DNA from: Eledone cirrhosa
Taxonomy: Eukaryota
Direction: 5' to 3'
DNA length: 64,000 nucleotides
Assembly: GCA_964016885.1 (NCBI GenBank)
Contig: OZ024750.1
Span: 17,608,001-17,672,000, forward strand
Of this stretch, positions 13,734 to 26,158 are shown piece by piece; within the stretch, counting starts at the first letter, position 1, and each line of letters begins with the position of its first letter. Under the pieces are notes generated by a model. It was not told the origin of the DNA. It made no database searches and saw only the letters and a list, made by a program, of their open reading frames with translations. The position numbers and the translations under genes are program-made.

Positions 13734-13798
13734 CAATTCATTTAACCAAAAGAAGTATGCGTAATAAACAGAAACATGGTCTTGAGGATTATGAACAG
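13734..13798 (+). CDS. R7 RGS exon (DHEX): (A)IHLTKRSMRNKQKHGLEDYEQ
   Basis: ctcttcag acceptor and CAG|gttagt donor; 65 nt, phase 1 to 0. Resembles DHEX YA(V/I)YLxKRxxxN; KHGLE recalls the EAT-16-type sequence. Confidence 0.92.
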
Positions 13799-14295
13799 GT
13801 TAGTAATATTTGAAATATTATTCCAGTCCCCCCTCCTCCTCCTTCTCCTCTCCCCTCCTCCTCCTCCTTCTCTCCCCTCCTCCCCCCTCCTTCTCCCCCC
13901 CCCCCTCCTCCGCCTTCTCCCTCCTCCCCCTCCTCCCTCTCCCTCCTACTCCTCCGCCTTCTCCCTCCCCCCCCCCCCTCAACCTCTCCTTCCCCTTCTT
14001 CTTAGCCGGGCGGTGGATTGGCAGTATTGATAGAGCGTTGGACACCATGCTTTGCAGCATAGGAGTTATGACCCTTTACGTTCTGAGTTCAAAATCTTGT
14101 CAGGTTAACTTTGCCTTTCATCCTTATGGGGTCAATGAAATAAAGCACCAGTAATGTACTGGGGTAATTGCTGGCCTTGTGCAAGTCCTCTGAGAAGCAA
14201 TCTTCTCCAACCAAGACCAGTGGAGCTCATGGATGTTAACTATTCTATCCTATCTTGTCTTGTCATATTGTCTTGTTCTGTCTGTTTATCCTATT

Positions 14296-15040
14296 CTGTC
14301 ACCTCTGGGGGTCGTTGACACCTTCTGTCACCTCTGGGGGTTGTTGACACCTTCTGTCACCTCTGGGGGTTGTTGACACCTTCTGTCACCTCTGGGGGTT
14401 GTTGACACCTTCTGTCACCTCTGGAGGTTGTTGACACCTTCTGTCACCTCTGGAGGTTGTTGACACCTTCTGTCACCTCTGGAGGTTGTTGACACCTTCT
14501 GTCACCTCTGGAGGTTGTTGACACCTTCTGTCACCTCTGGAGGTTGTTGACACCTTCTGTCACCTCTGGGGGTTGTTGACACCTTCTGTCACCTCTGGAG
14601 GTTGTTGACACCTTCTGTCACCTCCGGAGGTTGTTGACACCTTCTGTCACTTCCGGAGGTTGTTGACACCTTCTGTCACCTCTGGAGGTTGTTGACACCT
14701 TCTGTCACCTCTGGAGGTTGTTGACACCTTCTGTCACCTCTGGGGTCGTTGACACCTTCTGTCACCTCTGGGGGTTGTTGACACCTTCTGTCACCTCTGG
14801 GGGTTGTTGACACCTTCTGTCACCTCTGGAGGTTGTTGACACCTTCTGTCACCTCTGGAGGTTGTTGACACCTTCTGTCACCTCTGGAGGTTGTTGACAC
14901 CTTCTGTCACCTCTGGGGTCGTTGACACCTTCTGTCACCTCTGGGGGTTGTTGACACCTTCTGTCACCTCTGGAGGTTGTTGACACCTTCTGTCACCTCT
15001 GGAGGTTGTTGACACCTTCTGTCACCTCTGGAGGTTGTTG
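14296..15040. repeat. 29-bp minisatellite, about 25 copies
   Basis: Unit ctgtcacctctgg(a/g)ggttgttgacacctt. Confidence 0.97.
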
Positions 15041-15221
15041 TTAGATTCATTGTGTGACATATGATCTCTGTGACACTGTAGTGGTCTTGTCCATTCTGAT
15101 GTCTTATTCCCATATTCCCTGTCACATTATAAAGTCCATTCCTATCCACACTTTGCTGTAACATTCCCATCATTCCCGCAACACTGCAAACTGCCCATTC
15201 TAATAATAAAAATATAATAAC

Positions 15222-15600
15222 AATAATAATGACATTATTGTGTACAGTACTCAGGTGCACTACAATTCATCAAAGGTGCATGTATAGTACATAGAATAAT
15301 GTACAAATATCAGGAGAGTGAACAGTGTATTTAATACGATATACACACAGATACACGCATGCGTGTGTATGGAGGCAGGGGCAGAATATCAGATGTAGTG
15401 TTGGTAAATTTCTGGAAATATGGAGGTTTTGAAGGATGCTGTGAGAATTCCAGAAGTTCCAGAGTGTTTCTCTGACACAGGATTCCATCAGTTTGGCAAT
15501 GCAGCTAGTAAAACTGACTGGACGATAGTTGACAGGTGACTTGCGATCACCCTTTTTGAACAGAGGAATGACACTGGCAGTTTTCCTCTGATGTCCCATT
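15222..15600 (-). mobile_element. CR1/L2-group LINE remnant: RT N-terminus joined to 3' UTR with (ATT)n tail
   Basis: KTASVIPLFKKGDRKSPVNYRPVSFTSCIAKLME. The same 3' UTR recurs at about 20003-20125 (-) and 55230-55330 (+). Confidence 0.8.
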
Positions 15601-15765
15601 CCTATAATCTCTCTGATCCTCTAGTCCAGTCATGTAAGATTCTTTGGAGTCACATTCATATAATGGCTTCTCTCTTCCTCAACTTCTGCCTACCTCTGTC
15701 TCTCAACTTTGTAGTTATTATTGTAGACACATATAATATATGTTATTCCTATTTCTAATTCCTAG

Positions 15766-15842
15766 GCAGCCTTAAACCGACTCAAGAATATGTATTCTGA
15801 TAAATGGAATATAATTAATAACCAGGCAGAGAAACAAGTTCG
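15766..15842 (+). CDS. R7 RGS exon (DHEX): AALNRLKNMYSDKWNIINNQAEKQV(R)
   Basis: ttcctag acceptor and CG|gtaagt donor; 77 nt, phase 0 to 2. Resembles RGS7 [22 protein letters not shown]. Confidence 0.92.
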
Positions 15843-16275
15843 GTAAGTGTAAACACATCATAATCATCATTATTACTTGTGGATTGGCAGTATTGGTAGA
15901 GGGTTGGACTCTATGCTTTGCAGCACAGAGTTATGACCCTTTACATCTGAATTCAAATCACGCTGATGTTAACTTTGCCTTTCATCCTTACAGGGTCAAT
16001 AAAATAAAGCACCAGTAATGCAATGGGGTAATTGCTGGACTTGTGCCAAAATTAAAAACAATTATTACTTGTTTCAGAGGCCTTGATACTGACTGCCCTT
16101 CTCTTGCATCAATCTCAGAGGCTCAAAAATGGACCATGGGTACTGTCTTTCCCCTACCACAGTGTGGTGTGGGCAAGATATATTTTGTTTATCAAACAAT
16201 CACGTTCCCACAACTGGTGCATCAAGTCATTGAGATGCCGATCTAGACACTTTCATAGTCAGCCATTCTCTGTGG

Positions 16276-16361
<86 letters not shown>

Positions 16362-16473
16362 AAAATAAATGGAGGAGAAAGCAATACATTCAAAAACAAA
16401 ATTTACTCCTTACACTGTGTTTCATCTAGGCATAATATTAATATAACAGTTCTATATATATATATATATATAT

Positions 16474-16683
16474 AATGAAGGAAGTGTGGTAAGGAACCAG
16501 ATGGACCATAACGCACCAGAGTACTCAATACTTAGGGTAGTAGAGTGGGTAATAGGAAAATGTTCAAGATCCGGAATGCAGAGCTCAAGCCGTTTCGACG
16601 GCTATTTCTGAACTCCAAATAGTCCAGAAATAGCCGTCAAAATGGCTTGAGCTATTCCGTCGGGGTCTTGAACATTTTCCTAT
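16474..16683 (-). mobile_element. (TA)n-embedded Penelope-like fragment, family 2, fold-back end
   Basis: About 80 bp shared with 39924-40040 and 60588-60746; inverted repeat 16552-16683. Confidence 0.6.
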
Positions 16684-16715
<32 letters not shown>

Positions 16716-16829
16716 GTGTGGGTGTGTATATATATAGTTGGACCTCTGTCAGTTCCAATGATGAGGTTTCCAGCTGTTTTAAACACGTTAAAGCCTGCTC
16801 ATGAAATTGACACATAAGTGGCTGATAAC

Positions 16830-17017
16830 TGTTTCTACTTTTGGCACAAGGCCAGCAATTACCCAGTGCATTACTGGTACTTTATTTTATCGACCCCCGT
16901 AAGGATGAAAGGCAAAGTTAACCTCGGCGGGATTTGAACTCAGATCATACAGAGAGGTAACTCTATGCTTCAAAGCATGGCGTCCGACCCTCTACCGATA
17001 CTGCTAATCCACCGCCT
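16830..17017 (-). mobile_element. Full-length SINE-A with 15-bp TSD
   Basis: taagtggctgataac at 16815-16829 and 17018-17032. Confidence 0.93.
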
Positions 17018-17236
17018 TAAGTGGCTGATAACACCCCAGACACGTATACCCATAACACAGTTCTCAAGGAGATTTAGTGTGACAAGGCTGGCCTTTTGAA
17101 TTACAGGTACAACACATGTTTCTCCAGTTCAGTAGACTGTTGGAGCAACACAAAATAAAGTACCATATTCAAGGAATGTACTGCCTAGAATCAAACTTAC
17201 AAAATTGCATTTATGAGCCATATGTACATATGTGTG

Positions 17237-17270
<34 letters not shown>

Positions 17271-17820
17271 GGAGGTGAGTTTTATTGTAGCAACAATAAA
17301 GCAATGCAAACATTGAATAAGTAGCACTCCCCAGTTTGTAGGACTGGAGTATAAATAATTGTTTCTACTTTAGGCACAAGGCCAGCAATTACCCAGTGCA
17401 TTACTGGTACTTTATTTTATCGACCCCGTAAGGATGAAAGGCAAAGTCAACCTCGGCGGGATTTGAACTCAGATCGTAAAGGGACGTAACTATGCTGGAA
17501 AGCATGGCGTCCGACCCTTTACCGATACTGCCAATTCACCGACTGGAGTATAAATAATATAAGATCAAAAGATGGTTAAAAAAGTTCCAAGTATTTTATT
17601 ATGCGCATTTCTAAAACAAATATCATCATGGGATGTGAAGTTTTAAATCAACATATATGTTGATTTAAAACTTCACTGCTCACAAGTATTTTTTAAGCTT
17701 CATATAATGTCTCCCTATTTTATCTGATGAGAACGCAGATATCATCCCATGATGATATTTGTTTTTGAAATGCGCATAATAAAATACTTGGAACTCTTTT
17801 AACCATCTTTTGATCTTATA

Positions 17821-17828
<8 letters not shown>
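17271..17828. mobile_element. Penelope-like terminal repeat in inverted (fold-back) arrangement, family 1, in (TA)n, interrupted by SINE-A
   Basis: 17271-17635 is the reverse complement of the 3' part of 45203-45453, and 17656-17828 is a forward copy. A 42-bp perfect palindrome lies at 17635-17676. The SINE at 17360-17540 has an 18-bp TSD (gactggagtataaataat). Confidence 0.7.
17716..17786 (+). ncRNA. Type I hammerhead ribozyme motif
   Basis: Stem I UAUUUUAU/AUAAAAUA; core CUGAUGA; stem II with 15 of 16 pairs; GAAA; palindromic stem III AUGCGCAU. Cleavage triplet AUA, predicted cut after 17778. Confidence 0.75.
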
Positions 17829-17859
<31 letters not shown>

Positions 17860-17886
17860 TATGTGTGTAAATATATATATATATAT

Positions 17887-18017
17887 AAGGACAGACACTG
17901 GTCTGTTGGAGATGCAGGACATGGCGGTGATAATGAGGGACAGAGACCGCTGGAGAGAACTCGTCCATGGATCTCGGGAATTTTACCCGCCTTAGATAGA
18001 TAGATAGATAGATAGAT
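17887..18017 (+). mobile_element. RTE-type LINE 3' end with (TAGA)n tail
   Basis: RTDTGLLEMQDMAVIMRDRDRWRELVHGSREFYPP*; a longer copy lies at 20889-21068. Confidence 0.8.
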
Positions 18018-18254
18018 ATGTGTGTGTGTGCATATATATGTATATATATATATTTATATGTGCATACAGGCACATGTGTGTGTCCCTGACTCCAACATAC
18101 TCTGCCACACCTATGTGTGTGTGTGTGTGTCTGTGAACTCCAGCATACACTGCCACACCTACATTCCATGTTTACCTAAAATGGCAGTTTTTCAGATATT
18201 TAAACTATTAAATAAATAAATCTCCTGTAATATGATCTTATGCTAAATATATGT

Positions 18255-18355
18255 ATGTGTGGTATATCTATTTGTGTGTGTGTGTGTGTGTGTGTGTGGT
18301 ATATTCATTTGTGTGTATGCAGTATATCTATCTGTATGCGTGTGTGGTATATCTA

Positions 18356-18394
<39 letters not shown>

Positions 18395-18535
18395 TATATT
18401 CATTTGTGTGTATGCAGTATATCTATCTGTATGCGTGTGTGGTATATCTATTTGTGTGTGTGTGTGTGTGTGTGTGTGGTATATTCATTTGTGTGTATGC
18501 AGTATATCTATCTGTATGCGTGTGTGGTATATCTA

Positions 18536-18574
<39 letters not shown>

Positions 18575-18715
18575 TATATTCATTTGTGTGTATGCAGTAT
18601 ATCTATCTGTATGCGTGTGTGGTATATCTATTTGTGTGTGTGTGTGTGTGTGTGTGTGGTATATTCATTTGTGTGTATGCAGTATATCTATCTGTATGCG
18701 TGTGTGGTATATCTA

Positions 18716-18754
<39 letters not shown>

Positions 18755-18895
18755 TATATTCATTTGTGTGTATGCAGTATATCTATCTGTATGCGTGTGT
18801 GGTATATCTATTTGTGTGTGTGTGTGTGTGTGTGTGTGGTATATTCATTTGTGTGTATGCAGTATATCTATCTGTATGTGTGTGTGGTATATCTA

Positions 18896-18930
<35 letters not shown>

Positions 18931-19720
18931 TATATTCATTTGTGTGTGTGCAGTATATCTATCTGTATGCGTGTGTGGTATATCTATTTGTGTGTGTGTG
19001 TGTGTGTGTGTGTGGTATATTCATTTGTGTGTGTGCAGTATATCTATCTGTATGCGTGTGTGGTATATCTATTTGTATGTGTAAAGGGAAGGGGTGTATG
19101 GAGTAGCAATATGTGGGTGTGTGAGAGGGGTTGGGTGGTGCAGCAATCCGTGTAATATAAATGGATATGGAATAGCAGTGTGTGTGTGTGTGTGTTTGTA
19201 TGTGTCAGTGTGTGTTTGTTTGTCAGTGTGTGTTTGTATGTGTCTGTGTGTATGTATCAGTATGTGTTTGTGTTTTTCAGTGTTTGTATGTCTGTGTGTG
19301 TGTGTTTGTGTTTTTCAGTGTTTGTATGTCAGTGTGTGTGTGTGTTTGTGTTTGTCAGTGTGTTTGTCTGTGTGTGTGTGTGTGTTTGTATGTGTGTTAG
19401 TGTTTGTCAGTGTGTGTTTGTATGTGTCTGTGTGTGTGTTTGTGTTTATCAGTGTGTTTGTATGTGTCTGTGTGTGTGTATGTCTGTGTGTGTGTGCTTG
19501 TGTTTGTCAGTGTGTGTTTGTATGTGTCTGTGTGTGTGTATGTGTCTGTGTGTGTGTGCTTGTTTGTCAGTGTGTGTTTGTATGTGTCTGTGTGTGTTTG
19601 TGTTTGTCAGTGTGTTTGTATGTGTCTGTGTGTGTGTATGTCTGTGTGTGTGTGCTTGTGTTTGTCAGTGTGTGTTTGTATGTGTCTGTGTGTGTGTATG
19701 TGTCTGTGTGTGTGTGGTAC
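18255..19720. repeat. (GT)n-containing minisatellite with 180-bp higher-order period, followed by a degenerate GT repeat
   Basis: Lines 18301, 18481 and 18661 are identical. Confidence 0.95.
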
Positions 19721-20170
19721 AGTAATCTTACATATATTACTATCTTTCTAACATATAGATATTATGTTTGGAATTGCTGAATTGCTGTATGTGAGGTGGT
19801 GTGAATGTTTTTATGTCTGTCTGTATATTTATGTGGTTTAGTAATCTTACATATATCACTATCTTTATAACATGTAGATATTATGCTGGATATGGGTATG
19901 ACTGTGTGTGTGTGTGTGTCTCTCTGTGTGTGTCTGTCTCTGTGTGTCTGTGCGTGTGTTCGTGTCTGTTTGTGCATATTTGCATGGTTGTTTATTTTAT
20001 CATAATAATTATAATAATAAAATTATTGTGTACAGTGTTCAGGTGCACTACAACTCATCAAAGGTGCATGTATAGTACATAGAATAATGTACAAATGTCT
20101 GGAAAATGAACAGGGTATGAGTCATGATCTACAGAAGAAACAATTTCTTTGAACCAAAATACAAATGTGT

Positions 20171-20217
<47 letters not shown>

Positions 20218-20616
20218 TATTATCACCACCGTTTAATGTCCATTTTTCATGATTGCAGGGGTTAGATGGATTGTCCACGTCATGAGACAAGTCTGGTCAG
20301 TTGGCCGAACAATGCCTTGCTCATAGTGAGCCCTGGGCGAAGCCATTAAGAGGAGGATCTGGCCAGTTGGCCTTACCATAATCCCATCCACATCAGAACC
20401 ATATTTTGGGAGCTGGGTGATCCCAATATAAGGGACGTTGAGCCAGTTGGCCGTGCCAACCTTTATTCATAAAGGAACCATGTTACTGGGTGGTCCTGCC
20501 ATCAACCACGTTTACAGTGTGGAACTGGGTGGCACCATTATGAGCAGGATATATGGGGTTGAGTTGTTGGCATAGGTGTTTTGTCATACGTTGAAACGGC
20601 AGAGGTCTTGGCATTA

Positions 20617-20679
<63 letters not shown>

Positions 20680-20888
20680 TTTTTAAAATCCAATGTCAAT
20701 AAATACATCAGGATTTTTTCATTCTGATGACTGAAAGCAAATTTTGTTTGCTTTCAAGAAACCACTGGTAAATGAAATAATTATCTTTTGTTTATTACAT
20801 AACTATATATATATAGAGAGAGAGAGAGAATAAAAGAAAAAACACAGGTAAGCATTAAAAAAGGATTTTATCCAGGTATTTACGACCG

Positions 20889-21068
20889 TTATGGGAGCCC
20901 CTACATGGACACACTAGAAGAGGAAGACCAAGGTTAACGTATGTTGATGCCCTAAGGACAGACACTGGTCTGTTGGAGACGCAGGACATGGCAGCGATAA
21001 TGAGGGACAGAGACCGCTGGAGAGAACTCGTCCATGGATCTCAGGAATTTTACCCGCCTTAGATAGAT
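20889..21068 (+). mobile_element. RTE-type LINE 3' fragment
   Basis: LWEPLHGHTRRGRPRLTYVDALRTDTG...RDRWRELV, followed by a (TAGA)n tail. Confidence 0.82.
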
Positions 21069-21069
21069 A

Positions 21070-21357
21070 TATTTCTTTATTAGCCACAGGGGCACAAAAG
21101 AAGGGGACAAATACAAAGGGGGAAGTTTACATACAATAAAAACGTGTAAAATGTTATCACAGATGGAATTTAAAAGTTAGTCGATTTTCCCCAATAGAGG
21201 GAGACAGTTTATTTCCTCAACCTACAGGCTGATATAGAGAGAAGGCCCATTCACTCGGGCCATTCTCGCCACTTTCACCCACCTTTCATAAAACTTGCTG
21301 GGGTACAGCACCTCTCTCTCCATCCTGATTCTTCTTCCAAAGTGGTATTTGAAAAAG
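21070..21357 (-). mobile_element. L1/Tx1-clade LINE 3' fragment nested in the RTE (TAGA)n tail
   Basis: The minus strand reads FFKYHFGRRIRMEREVLYPSKFYERWVKVARMARV, then a 3' UTR ending aataaagaaa. gata repeats lie on both sides. Confidence 0.6.
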
Positions 21358-21805
21358 ATAGATAGATAGATATATATATATATCTAGGGAGTGTAACTTG
21401 GAGTTACTGCAGGTTCACCCGGGTGAGCACTCGATGTTTAGGTTCACTTCTGTGTTGAGGTGTAGAGCTATACAGAGTGTGATATATTCCTCCACATACA
21501 CTACAGGCCAATACATCCCTATGATCTTTTCCACCAATCAAAACAACTCATATTGTACAACTTATGAACTTCTGACTTTATCACATAGCATGTATTCATT
21601 TTCTTATACCATTTTAAAGGGTCCGTCGAGCTGCCGATTATTGAGTCGGGTACGATCGATACAGATCGAACCTTGAGCTGATCAGTGGTGAAACATGTGT
21701 CACCTACCAATAAATGTAATGAAGGAATAACCAATCGACCTTGTTATCCTTTCAATATATATATACATATATAAATATATATATTCGTTCATATATGCAT
21801 ATATA

Positions 21806-21883
21806 CAAGGTGTCCCCCAAAAATACATACACACTCCAAAAGCAGATAACTCAAATGTGTATAACTTTTTTGGTACACTCTGT
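21806..21883. mobile_element. About 80-bp Tc1/mariner MITE; second copy at about 60341-60418
   Basis: TA-flanked imperfect TIR ca(a/g)g(g/a)tgtccccaaaaa ... ttttgg...ctg/ttg. Confidence 0.6.
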
Positions 21884-22682
21884 ATATCATTTGTCAATAT
21901 ATTTTTACTGTCTGAAGAGTCAGACATGACAACCAAAAGCATTTACAGTCTATCATATTAAACTGTGTGTGTACATAATAGAGTTATATATATATATATA
22001 TACACGCATGTATATTTATGCACACACACACATATATATGTGTATATACACATACATATACACACACATATATATATATGCGCACACATATATATATTCA
22101 CACACACATATATATATACATACTCATACACACACATATATATATATATATGCACACACACATATATACACATACACACACATATATATATTCACACACA
22201 CATATATACACATACTCACACCCACACATATATATATATATATGCACACACACATATATATACATACACACACATATATATTCACACACACACATATATA
22301 CACATACTCACACCCACACATATATATATATATATGCACACACACATATATACACATACACATACATACATACATACATATATAAATAAAACACCAACAG
22401 TATCATATCATTCAACACAAATGTGTCAATCTGTTTCAAATTTAAATTTTTCTGTTTCCTTTTACATTTTATAATTATTTCAAAAAGTATAATATCGTTT
22501 CTATATTTTTGTTCTGCAAGATTCTTGATGTGAAGTCCAGTATTGGAACAGATATTCTTGTACTTCAGGATGGTTGAACTGTCAATCAAAATAATTTTCT
22601 ATTTTTTATTTTTCAAACTTATTTCCAATTATTTATTGTGTGTCTGTATCAAGATTTTTCTCTTGTTTTATGTATATTACAG

Positions 22683-22764
22683 GATTGCTAAGGAGAAGAA
22701 GAAGATCGATAAAATGATATGTGATAGTCAAGAAAGAGCCTTCTGGCGTGTCCATAAACCTGCA
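22683..22764 (+). CDS. R7 RGS exon (DHEX end): IAKEKKKIDKMICDSQERAFWRVHKPA
   Basis: ttacag acceptor and gtaagt donor; 82 nt, phase 2 to 0. Contains the diagnostic DSQERAFWxVH(R/K)P motif. Confidence 0.95.
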
Positions 22765-23481
22765 GTAAGTATGAGATTCATGGTGAGATGAGGGCTGTCC
22801 AGTGTCTATATAAACCTGTAGTTGGTCTTGGTTTAATAGAGAGCTATCTGATATATACATAGTATAGTATAGTATAGTATAGTATGGTATGGTATGGTAT
22901 GGTATAGTATAGTCCCATAATTTCAGATGGAGTTGTAGAGGGGCACTGTATTGACATACAGCATTTCTAGAGCATTTTAAAACCTGGTGGAGCTCAATTA
23001 AGGGCAGCCCTTGAGTTTGCCACCACTACAACCCTGGGCCCTCTACATATTTCAAATACATATACTATATGCCCAAAAGTGTCATGTTGTTAAATCTTAA
23101 CTGAATAGTTAAGGAGATTGCTTCACAATCATAAGACCCCAGGTTCAATCCCACTGTGTGACATCTTGGGCAGATGTCATTTACAGCCTAAGATCAACCC
23201 ATATATTGTAAGTGACATTGAGTAGACAGAAACTGTTTTAAAAGCCTGTCGGGTGGACTGTATTTATTATTCAAAAAGCCTGGCCTTCTAACATATTGTG
23301 TCATGCTGAATGACCCAGAAAAAGGTCTGTGAAATACACAACCACTTACATGTTAATTTCAAGGCTGTTCCATTGATTGAACAACTGTAACACTTGTCAA
23401 AACCATCGGAAGTCCATTCCATTTAATTCCATTTCATGTCTTCATCTCGTGTCTGATACTGTTCCTACCATTTCTCTTCAG

Positions 23482-23580
23482 CCAGGACAAATAAAATCCT
23501 TTGAAGAACGAACAAAGAGAAACTTCTCACCTTCACAGATTGCTGCTAAAAAGGAAAGCAAGGAATATTTACGTAATAAG
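23482..23580 (+). CDS. R7 RGS exon (DHEX-GGL linker): PGQIKSFEERTKRNFSPSQIAAKKESKEYLRNK
   Basis: ttctcttcag acceptor and AAG|gtaatt donor; 99 nt, phase 0 to 0. Continues the conserved P-x-PG motif. Confidence 0.9.
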
Positions 23581-23617
23581 GTAATTATATTTATTTTAAC
23601 GTGTTTATGGTGTTTAA

Positions 23618-24066
23618 CTCTCAACATCTTGTAACCACATTAAACCACATTCTTGGAAAGTACAAAACAGCACTATGACTGCATCACATTAAAGATTTAT
23701 GTGTTTAGTTCAATGCAAATTTTTACAAAAATCTGTCCAGTATTAAAAATACTCTAAATATTTAAATTAACACACCCATATTTAAATATTTCATCATCAT
23801 TGTTTAATGTCCATTTTCCACGCTAGCATGGGTAGGACAGGCTGTCCCTTTGTGAGAGATCAGATCGAAGGACCATGTTTCGCTCATACAGAACTGATTT
23901 TTGCTTGGTTTTTATGGCTCGAAGCCCTTCTTAATGCCAACCACATTTACAGGATGCTGTTTGCTTTTTGTTGTGACACCTAAACGACCACTTTACAGTG
24001 TGGGCTGGGCATTTTTTGTCGTGTTGCTAATATTTATATTGCTAAATCATTACAGGATGTTAAGAG
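23618..24066. mobile_element. TTAA-flanked MITE (CTC termini) with nested SINE-tail fragment; second copy at 27141-27698
   Basis: ttaa-ctctcaacatcttgta ... tacaggatgttaagag-ttaa; shared internal gaaagtacaaaaca.cactatgactg. Confidence 0.7.
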
Positions 24067-24704
24067 TTAAAGTGTTTATAGCTCTGCAACACTAAAAGTA
24101 AACATGGTAAGAGCATAGCAATCAAACACAGACAATATAGACTTTGAGAAGACTCTTCCATCTTGCTGAGCATGTGACAACCTTTCTTGTGCTGGAAGCA
24201 TGACAAAATGCACCCACTACACTCTAAAGTGTTAAGGTTGGTAATACAATGAAATGCATCTAGTCCACTCTGTCAAATGGTAGTATTAGTGTCACGAAAA
24301 ACAGACCCTGTAAAATGGCTAGTGTTAGGAAGAGCGCCTAGCCATAGAAACCATGCCAAATATAAAACAGAATAAGATTTTTTGCCCCACCCTGTCCAGT
24401 CTCAGACAATGACAACCTATTGAACCCATGCCAGTGTGGAAAGTGCTAAATGATGATGGTGATGGTGATGATGAAAAAGATTTCCTCTCACCCTCATCTC
24501 TATAATATCAGTAAATGAACATGTATCTCTGTTTATTAGTCTTATTTTTAATGCAATCTGTAAGTGGAATAGTAAAAATATAGAAGACATTACAAAAGTT
24601 CAATATGTGACATTTGTTGTTACTGTTGTCTAAATTTCAGAGATGGAGCAAGGTTTCTGTCTTAGAATCCAAACTCTTTCCTTATTGGAGGAATTCAGAT
24701 AATC

Positions 24705-24741
<37 letters not shown>

Positions 24742-24946
24742 ACACACACTCACACGATCACACACACGCTACATGCACGCTCATACGCACGCTCACACAC
24801 ACATTTGATGAATAAACCACAAGAGACAAATCCTAAACTGCCAGTCAATGTATAATAAATTTGACTTTACTTGTCCTTTCATCAGGAAATGTTTGAAGTT
24901 ATTTATAATTTTGTATTTTAACATTAACATTAATCCACAAATGTAG

Positions 24947-25004
<58 letters not shown>

Positions 25005-25072
25005 ACATACACACACATACACACATACACACACATACATACACACATACATACACACACACATACATACAC

Positions 25073-25103
<31 letters not shown>

Positions 25104-25120
25104 TACATACATACATACAT

Positions 25121-25482
25121 GGTGGCTGCCAACTCGTTTTCGAGTACGGCCACTACTTCATATCCATGTAGGAGAACCCCTACCGATGCGCTGAACGAGT
25201 GTGACTTTTTAGTCCAGCCAGCGACTTGAAAACTCTAGTACAAACACTACACTTGTGACAATTATTGACACATAGTGCTGGGCCCATGGTACCATGTGAT
25301 GGCAGGTGCAGAGAGATATCCAGATATAAAGCAATGCCTGTGCCGTGAAGCTTTTATAGTGAGCAAAGGCACTGCACAAAGCCAGTCCCACTCTCTTAAC
25401 CAAGATGATATTTACCAAAAAGAAGAACAAGTCAACATCATTGGATACCATCAGGGTTGCAGGTGTTATATCAGAGTTTTCC
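25121..25482 (-). mobile_element. Non-autonomous retroposon (RTE-like head, (ATGT)n tail); copies at 34213-34770 and 63451-64000
   Basis: Three highly similar copies share one boundary, two of them next to (ATAC)n. The minus strand has ctaggagaaggaaaactctga and actggcaacccc, recalled as RTE 5' UTR motifs. Confidence 0.65.
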
Positions 25483-26124
25483 ATACATACATACATACAT
25501 ACACACACATACACAAATTTATATAGTCTTTCCAGTGAGAGTTTAACATATAATAAATTTCTAAAACTTCTCTAAATTATGTCAATTCTGATAAAACACT
25601 TACACACACACATACACACACGTACATACACACATATATACGCAGATATACACACACACATACATTCATACATACATACATACATATACATACATACATA
25701 CCTATACACATACACACACATACACACACATACATACACACACACATACATACACACACACATACATACACACACACATGCATACACACATACACACATA
25801 TATACATACATACATACATACATACATATACATACATACATACCTATACACACACATACATACATACATACACACATACACATACACACATACACATACA
25901 TACATACACACATACATACACACATACATACACACATACATACACACACATACATACATACATACATACACATGCATACACACATACGCATACACACACA
26001 CATACATACATACATACATACATACATACATACAAACATACATACATACATACATACATACACATACATACACACATACGCATACACACACATACACACA
26101 TACATACATACATACATACATACA

Positions 26125-26158
<34 letters not shown>

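Noticed and set aside
9660-15040. 28-bp and 29-bp arrays as CRISPR
   Set aside because: The units are directly adjacent with no unique spacers, there are no cas genes, and the context is a eukaryotic intron.
21390-21430. Twister-like words gttactgcagg...cccgggt
   Set aside because: The required pseudoknot pairings and the rest of the consensus are missing.
24641-24700. Possible exon after tttcag (RWSKVSVLESK...)
   Set aside because: There is no good donor or R7 similarity, and 29670-29731 already fills the gap in phase.
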